Positions 37,001-47,790 of a DNA stretch of 64,000 nucleotides are shown here, piece after piece. The DNA comes from Anthoceros angustus (Eukaryota > Plantae > Anthocerotophyta). A program made the translations under genes and the position numbers. The stretch's first letter is position 1. Each line of letters opens with the position of its first letter. The notes under the pieces were generated by a model. It was not told the DNA's origin, did not search any database, and saw only the letters and a list, made by a program, of their open reading frames with translations. The stretch spans positions 1,635,776 to 1,699,775 of the forward strand of contig VJWM01000019.1 of the NCBI GenBank assembly GCA_010909165.1, written 5' to 3'.

Positions 37001-38019
37001 CCGACCCTATGCAATACACCCTTCAAGGATTTCGTGCAACACTTGATTGGAACCGGTGCCTTCGTGAAAGTATGACTTTGTCTTTGCCATTCAACCATGG
37101 TCGTCTTACAAGGGTCTCTAGGAATGTCTCCCCTCGGACCTTCCCAACCTAAGGAACCTTTGCCTCTTCCGAAACCTTCCTCGAAAGTCGTTGAATACAT
37201 ACTTTGTTGCAACACGGTTTCAAAATCCTCCACGTGTCCGTCTCGCCTTCTTCAAGGAGACACCACCAGCCGTGTTTGCAAACGAAACGCAAGCTCGCTC
37301 GCAGGCTGCAATGTCTCCGACATTGGCTTCGGATGATATGTACCGCAGCCTGTGAGGTGAACGGGAGGGTGGGGAACGTTGTCGCCGCCAAGAATATCGC
37401 CCCCGATGCACCCAAAACTCCACACGGAGGCGAGACCTCTCATTGCCCGCTGATGGCTCACTCGAGGGCGGGCATCTCCTCGCTCTTGGGCTAAGTTCCA
37501 TAGCCGCATACAAGTTCAAGTTCCGAGGCGTCGGTGGCACATAGGGGTGCACGAAGGTGATGAGTCCTTCTGAGCTGCAAGCATGTTTGCCGAATACAAG
37601 GTGAAGCTCATCGTCATCCAGCCGGTGATGATTACCATTGCAAACCCGCATGCCCGTGGCAGAGCAGTTGCTCGGAAAACATCCGGAACGCCGCGAATTA
37701 TGAAACATGAGCTTTTCAACAAGCCGAATGTGGTCGCTCCCTTCGCTCGCAAAGTTTGCAAGCGCTTACGGAAATAGATCGCTGGATGCTCCTTTTTGTG
37801 CATGCGTCGCTTGAGTGCAACATATGCGGACAAGTTCCTCCCATCCACTCGTCGATGCATGACACCCATCAGAACAACGACCCAGCGGATATAAACTACA
37901 TTGAAGGAGCAGCAATCGCTTGAGCTACCTCGTATCCTCATCGGTATGGGTGGAGTGGAGCATGGTGTGACGTTCACGTCTCGCGGAACGCGAACGAGCC
38001 ACCACAACCAGAGCAACAA
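34065..38019 (-). pseudogene. Decayed DDD-type transposase, Sola-like motif pattern, intron-containing
   Basis: YFTRLW...KIPKSNRFSTCSLC; H...EER; LCIDGMDQKKTSLP (~35499-35516); LYLQLDNTCR(E)NKN (~35245-35279); FLLVGHTHDQ(V)DQMFS (~35130-35190); frameshifts present; outer limits approximate. Confidence 0.8.
36130..36870. repeat. ~390-bp tandem duplication covering the Cys-motif exon of the transposase
   Basis: CAAGGTTCAACCTCCACC...TTCAACATTAGGCG present twice (~36138-36482 and ~36525-36865). Confidence 0.9.
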
Positions 38020-40559
38020 ACAAGGAGGTGGGCAAATTAGTATGAGACATCGGAGAACAAGCAGCTGGATGCCTTAGCGTCGAATATTTCCAGCATTCAC
38101 TGTTGGAGAAGATCTACCTATCAAGTGCCGGATCCGACGCCGCCGTCATTTGCTGGCGGACATAAATGTTGCGGCTTTTGCCGTTTGGTATCGGGAATCA
38201 TTTAATGCAGGCACAGAACACCACGCCTGGAAAACATGGGCACCCGTTTTACGTAAAACCATGGCAAAGCAAGCGGGTGCCGAAAATTAGGGTTCCCAGA
38301 AAAATGGACACCTGTCAAACGCGGTGGCGATTACCGTCTGCCGCAGTTTTTAACCCCGGCCCTGACCTTTTTAGGGCAGTTCAACCTTACCGTAATGGAG
38401 CGTCCATCACGGCCTACACCGTGTTCACCAAGCCTGTGAGTTGCGCTCCACTTAGCGTGACGTCGGGATTGCGCCGCCCACGCCGCTTGTTCGTGATTTT
38501 TGTCAATTGCACGCGCCTGACTTCGTGCGGTGCGCGCATCCCACCTCCTTTTGCATTGAGGGAGAAGGGGGTAGTCACCGTAATCAGCTGCGCACATGCG
38601 GTATGGCAAGTGGGCGGTAGAAGGAATTGGGGGCGAAGAAGAAACCCGCATGTAGACAAACCAAAACGTCGGAAGAGACCAAAAGGGAAGAAGGCGGGCT
38701 ACCACGCAAAGGAGCCGTGCGTGGGTGGATGCACACCAAAGTTCGAGCCGACCGGTGTTCCAATTCGGGAGCACATTCTTCAAAAGCTAATGCCGATGTA
38801 TCAGCCTGAACTCTCGGGATCCGGTCGGCAAAGGTGAGCCTAAGGGAGGCGGGAGGGAAATCGAGATGGCCAAGTCACAAAAGCCAGGCTGGATTCTAAT
38901 CCTCACCTTTTACGTTTGAGGCTGTTCAATTCTGCGACACACTAAGATTGATGAGACAATTCTCGGAGAAGGGACATGACCGCAGAGCTCAAGAAGACAA
39001 TGTGGTGTGGACACCCATGCTGAAATTGTGGATTTATGGCCACAATGGTGCTGCCGAATCGAGGGTGGGTATGTGGTCCGGCAACTTTGATAGAAGCGGA
39101 AGGAGATCCGGATATTCACTCTGGTGACTTCAAAGCCTTATGGGTTTGAAGCTTTGCCTGGAAGATTACAGTGTGTTCGTGTTGAGCATAGCTTGCACGA
39201 AAAAGAGCCACGAAGGCTATCTCTTAAATTCGGAAGCTCTTCGATAGGATTGTAAGTGTGTGTCTTTGGAAGTCATTGATTTTGAAGTTTTGGAACATCA
39301 TTGCATCCACTTAACACTTTTGGCACTTCTAACGCTTGGGCGTAATGCAAGGAATTTTTATCGATGCTTATGTGAGGTGATTACAAGTTCTATCATCAAT
39401 CACCGCCGGAGATGTCTTTAGAAGGACCAGTGGCTATCTCGACTATGAACCGGAAGGAGATGAGGACGAGGCGCAGTATGGACCCTCGTGAAGAGGATGG
39501 CCCTATGAGTCTTGGTCGCAGATGACGAAATGTCGGAGGAGGACGGATAAGAGGACTAGAATGGAATTTGCTTCCATAATGCTCGGGCATCCATGCCGGG
39601 TGCCCACTATTCCTTCCAATCCAGATGAGGACATGGGTCGCAAAGTGGGGAATTGCTGTGATACATGGAGTTGGGTACCCCAGTGCATCGGGTTTATATC
39701 GTGGTATGAAGGCATGGGAGGAAACACGATAATTTTTGAAGGGGGATATCGACTTCGGCCGAGACAAGACCCCCTTGTCACTTAAGAACACCTTACCTAG
39801 AACAAAGATATGTGCCCTACTTTGATAATGCACACACCCTTTCCGAGGTCATATCTTTGATAAAAGATGCACTTTCAAGTCTACACCCGAGAACCGGAGC
39901 ATGAGGGTGTGGGCCCGCTTATGCTTTAGTAGAATGCATAGAGGGCTGCCATTTTCATATGTTTATTACAACCGAAAACTTTTACTTTCAAGTGGTGGAA
40001 CACAATGAAAACAATCTGTACTAGCGGAGTCTCATTTAAGTGGTCGTGAGAACATTGCAACAAACAATCAAGGAGGAAGTGGTCATCAAGATCGACAATA
40101 GCCATTCAAGAGTGCGGCCCGGCGACTCATCCATGCGCCGAACCGAGTCACCACCGCCATATTCGAGGCGGTCCATATCCTCCGCCTCGAAGTTGTCGCT
40201 CTCTCCATTGCTTGCTCGTCTTCAATAGTATCATTCTTGGGCCCAGCCCGACGGTGTCGATCGCCACAAAGATCTAGGGTCTCACCTCATCCAAAAGGTC
40301 GCCACCGTGGTCTTCAACCTTCCGCACTCAATGCAACCACTTGGGCTTTAAGGCAATGCCAACGTCCTTAAAATGAACAAAGTTAGTTGCCCATGCGCCC
40401 ATGCAAGCATCCTTAAAATCAACAAAATTGAACTATTGAGGAGGCACGAGGTTTGAACACAAAACCTATTCGTTACTACACTTATTTCCCAAACACTAGA
40501 CCAACAGTCCATGGTTGAGATACTCTTGAGGCGCTAAATATTTATTTTCTGGAAGACAG

Positions 40560-40945
40560 CCTAGGAGGAGGGCGCCGGCCGGCCGGCGCCCATGGGTAGG
40601 GCAGGGTGTGCTAGGGGAGGGCGCCGGCCGGCCGGCGCCCATGGGCAAGGCATGGCGTGTTGGTGGGGGCGCCGGCCGGCCGGCCGGCCGGCCGGCCGGC
40701 CCATGGGTGGTGTGCTAGGGAGGGCGCCGGCCGGCGCCCATGGGCTGGTGGTGTGCTAGGGAGGGCGCCGGCCGGCCGCCCATGGGCGGTGGTGTTAGGG
40801 AGGGCCGGCCGGCGCCCATGGCGTGTGCTAGGGAGGGCGCCGGCCGGCCCATGGGTGGTGTTAGGGGAGGCGCCGGCCGGCCCATGGGCGGTGGTGGGAG
40901 GCGCCGGCCGGCGCCCATGAGCAGATGTTGGGAGGGCCGGCGCCT
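40560..40945. repeat. Very GC-rich tandem array built from GGAGGGCGCCGGCCGGCCGGCGCCCATGGG units
   Basis: About 8-9 variable-length copies visible directly. Confidence 0.9.
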
Positions 40946-41913
40946 CCCTTAGCACCATCCTACGGTGCATACGGGTGAAGCTAGGGGGACAAGAAGGAAC
41001 GTATCCTATCACCGATGGAAGGTGTGGCCCATTTGCGGAAGGGTTAAAAGATTTGCATCCATAGGTAGTTGAAGAGTATAAGTGGTGGGAAGCCTTGGAC
41101 CGGAAGGAGATTGCTATCGTGGAGAATAACATTGGGCTAGTGCTACAGTCATTCTTGGAAGTGGTTTTCACGTGCGTAAGTGGATCATACATGACCACTT
41201 CAAGTGCGGATGAAGCTTTGCTAGATGAGGCATTATTGAGGGACCTCCACGCGTGATATGTATTTGGGGCATATCAAAATGCGGAAGGCAACGGAAATGG
41301 CACGGATGAATGGGGACATAACGGAACCGAGAGGGATGTTTCGCGCGCGGCAATACGGACATGCATACCATTCTCGGATTGGGAGGTCATTGACGTGAAG
41401 CTAAACGCACCACGACCTCACTTTCTTATCCACTAGTATCGGACCGAGCACATAGATGCGTATGAAGGAGATATGTGCAGAACACATAGTCGCGGTGGTA
41501 ACCCATCGGTCCAATCTTGAGGAAAAAGGGAATAAGATCCATTACCTAAAAACATACAGAGGTATTTGTAGATGAAACATCATCATCTATTATGGGTTTG
41601 TGTTGAGCATACGGAAACATCATGTCGGTGGACAAAAAGCGATAAGGGATAAGCTCTGCGAGTTGCGTGGCTTCATACAACTGCGAGTGAAAGTGTCGCG
41701 AAGATAGTGATGACAATGGAGGAGAAATTTGGACCAAGTGATGACGATGGATTGAACTCGGGATGAGTGGCGAAATCTCGTTTTCGGGGTCCCGAGTTAA
41801 TGTTGTAAGTCCGGTTCTTGATGTTTACGTGTTAGGAAATACCACTGTCGTGGCTTTTGTGGTGTCATAACAAAACCACATTTCCATCCCAAAGCGAGTT
41901 CTGATCGTCTTGC

Positions 41914-44900
41914 GTGAGGCAGCCTTCCTCACCGTTCCTACTTTGCATTATTTCCCTAGGTTGGAGTTTGCGACCACCATTGGCCACAAACATTCTTTGG
42001 ATGGAAAGTAGTAATTTTGGTGACACCTTTTTGAATTGTTTTAATGCCTTCAAAGCTTTTTTAGGGCCCATCAAAACCCCTTCGAGATTATTTGCGGAAA
42101 ACCCCTTGAGATTATTAACCCCTTCAAAATTATTAGAGAGGAAGGCAAGGCCGTGCCGCCTTCTTCGCACAACCGCAGGAAGGCGGCATCCAAGTACTGG
42201 GATGCGGGGAGGCACCCAACTAGCCGTAACATCGGCCGGAACCAGCCGCCGCCCAGCACGCACGGAGGGAGGCGCCGGCATGCCGCCTCACGCTGGCCTT
42301 GGGACGAGGAGGGCGCCGGCATGCCGCGCCGGCCTTGGGACGAAGAGGGCGGCGCATGCCGGCGCGCCCGCCGCCTTGGGACGCAGAGGGAGGCGCCGGC
42401 CGGCGCCTCCCGGCCTTGGGGCCGCAGGCGCGGCATGCCGGCGCCTCCCGGCCTTGGGACGCAGAGGGAGGGCGCCGCATGCCGCGCCCGCCAGCCTTGG
42501 GACGCAGAGGGAGGGCGCGGCATGCCGCACCGCCAGCCTTGGGACGCAGAGGGAGGCGCCGCATGCCCGTGATGCTGCGATAGTGGAGGCGTGTCGGGAG
42601 TAGTGGGAAGCGCAAACGGAGTTCGACATATGCACCGGGTTTGGGGGTCAACAAATGTGGAGCCCGAAGAGATTTGAGAAGGAAGAAGGCAAGCGCAGAG
42701 GGCGTGACGACAACGACATCCCGACTATGCATGTCGCGGACGGGAGAGGCCGGAGGCCTCCATTCGTGATGAAGATTATTTATGAGGAATATCGGAGAGG
42801 CAAGATACCAAGAAAGTGGTTCGAAACTTGTTCTTGAAATTAGAGAATTTAAGGCCCATCCTTTCTTTCTCCGTGATGCAGCCTTCCTCACCGTTCCTAC
42901 TTTGCATCATTCCCTAGGTTGGAGTTTGCGACCACCATTGGCCACAAACATTCTTTGGATGGAAAAGTAGTAATATTCTACCTATATGCTAAGGGAATCC
43001 TAACTTTGTATTCTATTTTGCTTTTATGGATGCATGAGAGCACCCATCAAAACACACATGACCAACAACCACGTCCCAAAAAGAAATGAAAAAAGCCAAC
43101 GATGATATCGCTAAAGGAGTACCTAGTCTAAGAAAAAAAGAAAAGCTGATGTATAGGTGTTATATTTCTAATCCAATCATTTTATTTGTCTAGGGAATTG
43201 AGTTCATACTATATGCATTTTATGATCCACATCGAGTTTGAATCTTACAATTTTATTCTATTCTTTTCATAATATTTCATGTGTATAAGGAATTAAGTTT
43301 ATACTATATGCCTTTTGTTACCGTCGAGTAAATTTGGATCTTAGTTTTCGAGGTAAACTGATCATTTAGTACTATATATGTATTGTCTGGGGTACAAAAT
43401 ACTTAACTATTTTCTAAACTTGTCAAGCTTCCATCCCTTAGTTCTATTTGTATCTTGAGTTCAAAGATATGACGACCTATACTCTCTTGCTAGTTTTTAT
43501 TGCTTTGGCAATGGGCACCATGGTAGTGGATGGCAAGAATTTTGTTGAGCTCCAAGCATGTGGGCACTAAATCAAATTCACCGGATGCCCGACACTACGA
43601 GCAATACACCAACTTCCACTATCTCGAGTATGTATGAGATTTTCATTGTTTTGATTGTTGTTGGAAAAGTTTCCTAGTAATAATGCTAACTATAAGCGGA
43701 AGCATGTGTGAATTCTATAATTTATTTCTATGGTTATCATTTTCTTTTTATCTTTTAAGTAGAGTGATTTAAAATGATAAAAACTAATTCCAATGTATAT
43801 TTTTTGTTGCTTTGACAATGTTTGTTATTCTAGGAGTGAGTGGTTATTCAACTCCTCGTGGAAGATATGTTAGGACGTCTAACCATATTGAGTCAAATGT
43901 GTTATACTCCATGAATACAAAGATTTTCATCTTCTCTCAAGTATGTACCGTTGATAGTAGATCGTGTTGCATGATATATTTCTTGGAGCAAATCTACGTC
44001 TGTGCTTGGTGACTTGATGCTTGCTTGGTAGGGCGGGCTAATTTTGGTGACACCTTTTTGAATTGTTTTAATGCCTTCAAAGCTTTTTTAGGGCCCATCA
44101 AAACCCCTTCGAGATTATTTGCGGAAAACCCCTTGAGATTATTAACCCCTTCAAAATTATTAGAGAGGAAGGGCAAGGCCGTGCCGCCTTCTTCGCACAA
44201 CCGCAGGAAGGCGGCATCCAAGTACTGGGATGCGGGGAGGCACCCAACTAGCCGTAACATCGGCCGGAACCAGCCGCCGCCCAGCACGCACGGAGGGAGG
44301 CGCCGGCATGCCGCCTCACGCTGGCCTTGGGACGAGGAGGGCGCCGGCATGCCGCGCCCGGCCTTGGGACGAAGAGGGCGGCGCATGCCGGCGCGCCCGC
44401 CGCCTTGGGACGCAGAGGGAGGGCGCCGCATGCCGGGCGCCCGCCGCCTTGGGACGCAGAGGGAGGGCGCGGCATGCCGCGCCTCCCGGCCTTGGGACGC
44501 AGAGGGAGGGCGCCGGCATGCCGCGCCCGCCGCCTTGGGACGCAGAGGGAGGGCGCGGCATGCCGCACCGCCAGCCTTGGGACGCAGAGGGAGGCGCCGC
44601 ATGCCCGTGATGCTGCGATAGTGGAGGCGTATCGGAAGTAGTGGGAAGCGCAAACGGAGTTCGATATATGCATATTTGGGGTAAAAATAACAAATGTGGA
44701 GCCCGAAGAGATTTGAGAAGGAAGAAAGGCAAGCGCAGAGGGCGTGACGACAACGACATCCCGACTATGCATGTCGCGGACGGGAGAGGCCGGAGGCCTC
44801 CATTCGTGATGAAGATTATTTATGAGGAATATCGTAGAGGCAAGATACCAAGAAAGTGGTTCGAAACTTGTTCTTGAAATTAGAGAATTTAAGGCCCATC

Positions 44901-44914
44901 CTTTCTTTCTCCGT
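41914..44914. repeat. ~960-bp tandem duplication (41914-42873; second copy 42874-42974 + 44043-44914) containing ~40-bp GC-rich arrays
   Basis: Near-identical blocks; arrays of CCTTGGGACGCAGAGGGAGGGCGCCGCATGCCGC at ~42280-42570 and ~44315-44612. Confidence 0.9.
42975..44038. mobile_element. AT-rich ~1.06-kb insertion splitting the second copy of the duplication
   Basis: Uninterrupted copy reads GTAG-TAAT-TTTGG; interrupted copy has TAAT on both sides (42971-42974, 44039-44042); no TIRs recognised. Confidence 0.55.
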
Positions 44915-46850
44915 ATGCATGATTCGGATTGTGGATGAAGCTTGGACCAACTACAGCTCGAGTCATTTCGAAAGGTAGAGTGGAGGAAGGTGTCAGCTCT
45001 ACTATGCATGATTGACCCGGAGTGCGACATTCAATCTATAGATCGGATAAGTTTAGAGCCAAGAAGTATGTCATGGGAGTGCTCGTGGCAATCACACCTA
45101 TGCGATGAAGCATCCGGACATATCTCCATCAAGGCCGATACCAATGGATGGAAGCCCATGTGTATTGTGGGCTCACTTTACCGTAGATGAGGGTTCGCCA
45201 CCACCACAACACTATGTCGACAACGGCGGAAGATGAATTTCATTGAGCAAGTAAGGTACTTGCGAGATGAGTTGCATTGCAAAGAGAGATGGTGTCAATA
45301 TGAGCATGAACTGAAGTTCAACCTATAAGGTGCTAGGCTTGATAGATGATGATGAGGCCGAGAGGATGAGCGATAAGCAAAACAAGGTCCAATCGTACAA
45401 ATATCCTTTGCATCGCCAAACTTGAGGGGAGAGTGTGGGAAAATGTCGATAAGATCTCACGAAGTGGGAGGCCATGGAGTTGCCAGAACAAGCCAAACAT
45501 GTTGCCGCAGGAACTAGCAAGAAAAGCAAGGGGAAACGGAAGACTGCAGATGAGGCGAAGGCGGTGGACCAAAGTTTTGTGAAGCCAAAAGACATGCAAG
45601 GGAAGCCTTGGCGAAGTTTTCAGGGTATTCCACCGGGTGAGATGCCAAAAATGTTGATCGGTCACCGAGAAGGTCTGACAGTCTCATAGACCTCAATGGT
45701 ATGGCCAAAGGAGATCACTCTTCGGAAGAAACTACATGTGATCCAAGTGGCTATGGCGAAGCATCTAGGCTGCAATTCATTCGAGATGGTAAGGAAGGAG
45801 TACCGGTGCACTCAACGGATGAAGTCATTGCATTTTATCGCTTTCAAGGGAAGGTGAGTTTTCTTGTCTTAATAGAACTATTGGAGCGCCGGCATGCCGC
45901 CTCCTCCCTATTGTCCCCATAATCGACTTTCGCAACCTCACTTGTTTTGTGTTATTTTGCAGCAAGTTAAAGATGTTGAAGACCAAAAGCTACCGGAAGA
46001 TTTCCGTGCTTTTTATATTAGAGGTCCACACATGGAAAGGGCTGGAGGATGAGCAGAGGGCACTTGCGGACATGGACATGGAGGAAGGGCTGCAATCTTT
46101 CTGCCCAAAACAGAGGAGTTAGTGAAGTATCAAGTGGTGCGAGATGTGGCGTAAATGAGAGGGTTTCTTTGGGTCAAGTATACAACGCTGGTTATGGATG
46201 TCCCTAGAGATTCAACAAGGGAAGTATGATGTCAAACTTGAGCAAGAAATGGCAAACATATTTCATTCCTTCCATGACATGACAATGTGCGACGAGATCG
46301 TAATGATAGTAATGCATGGTGTGGAAGAGCCGCATATTGTCGTGAGAGTATGAGGAAGTGGTGTGTGTGGAGGCATGGTCTCATTTGTTTGGGACAAAAC
46401 TAATATGCACAATGACCAAGGAGGCTTTGACACCGTGGAGTACATCACGGGTGGGGTGTGACCGCACGAGCAAGAAGACAAAGGTGTCCATCTGCCGAAT
46501 ACCTTGCGTGGCTCTTTCAATAATGGGCGCGGTTATTGCACACGTGGTGAAGAAGTTATTATACATGTCATTGGACAAAATTTGGTTGTTTCCGTGTCGA
46601 GGCCACGGGTCTAATGATGAAGTTGATCAAGAACTTCTCCAGAGAAGGAGATTGGATATTAGATGCATGTGCGAGTGGAACAACGACATTAGCGGCACTC
46701 CTTTGTGGCCGAAATTGCATTCTGTGGAGGTTGACAAACGCTGAGTTCATTCCGCAAAGGATTCATGGCTATGAAGTTTTTCTGGGGCAGAGGAGGAGGT
46801 TGACCCATGAGCCACACCGAGGCCCCACCCAATTCAGGCAAAAGAATTGA
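44612..46850 (+). pseudogene. Decayed ParB-like domain + beta-class DNA amino-methyltransferase (N4-cytosine/N6-adenine) gene
   Basis: KKYVMG..GNHTYA...VYCGLT....HHN (45061-45225); intron 45854-45962; LVMDVP(Y) at 46197 with a 2-nt deletion, followed by IQQGKYDV; FVWDKTN at 46384; FPC..(K)..TGLMMKLIKNFSREGDWILDACASGTTTLAALLCGRNCI at 46590-46722. Confidence 0.8.
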
Positions 46851-46855
46851 GCTTG

Positions 46856-47790
46856 TCCGAGAAGGATGCATCCTGTGCCAGTAGTCCCACTTGGGTTGAG
46901 CAGATGAAAGAGAAGACGGAGATCTTATAGATGATCGCCAAGAAACCCTGCATTGTGGCATCCCGACTATTTGGAGAAGAGCAAGGAGGATGCGGTCGAT
47001 ATCGCGAATGCTATGGTCGAAAACGACAATTTCGAGGATCCCGAGGATGCTCGACTCAAGGACGGAAGTTGTGTTAGATAGCGTGTCGGGACAATGCCCT
47101 CCGGAGCACAGCCTCAGAATCCTCGGTAGGGAAGTGAGTCTAGTTTAGTTTTGAAAGTTCCATAACCGCATGGTTAGAACTAAGACAGGCGCCGGCATGC
47201 GGCATGGTCCTTCTTTACTATGAGTGACATTGTTATTCGTTTTGACAAGGATGACTTCATTGCCTGCAAAATATCCGTAGACCTCGTTTCACACCTATAA
47301 GACATTAAAGTACTGCACGAGGTCCGAGAAGGATGCATCCCAGGTAGTCCCACTTGGGTTGAGCAGATGAAAGAGAAGACTGGAGATCTTATAGATGATC
47401 GCCAAGAAACCCCGCATTGTGGCATCCCGACTATTTGGAGAAGAGCAAGGAGGATGCGGTCGATATCGGAAATGCTATGGTCGAAAACGACAATTTCGAG
47501 GATCCCGAGGATGCTCGACTCAAGGACGGAAGTTGTGTTAGATAGCGTGTCGGGACAATGCCCTCCGAGCCACGCCCTCAAGCCGAGATCCCCCTCTAGG
47601 GAAGTGAGTCTAGTTTAGTTTTGAAAGTTCCATAACCGCATGGTTAGAATTAAGATGCGCCGCATGCCGCCCGTGCTCCTTCTTTACTATGAGTGACATT
47701 GTTATTCGCTTTGACAAGGATGACTTCGCTGACGCTGCAAAATATCCGTAGACCTCGTTTCACACCTATAAGACATCTGCCGTCACGCAG
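46856..47790. repeat. ~467-bp tandem duplication near the right end of the large transposon
   Basis: GTCCGAGAAGGATGCATCC...CACACCTATAAGACAT at ~46856 and ~47323. Confidence 0.9.

Noticed and set aside
40611-44759. Long R/G/A/P-rich ORFs over the GC-rich arrays as genes
   Set aside because: They are open in nearly all six frames because the repeats lack stop codons; no independent coding evidence, though partial coding use cannot be excluded
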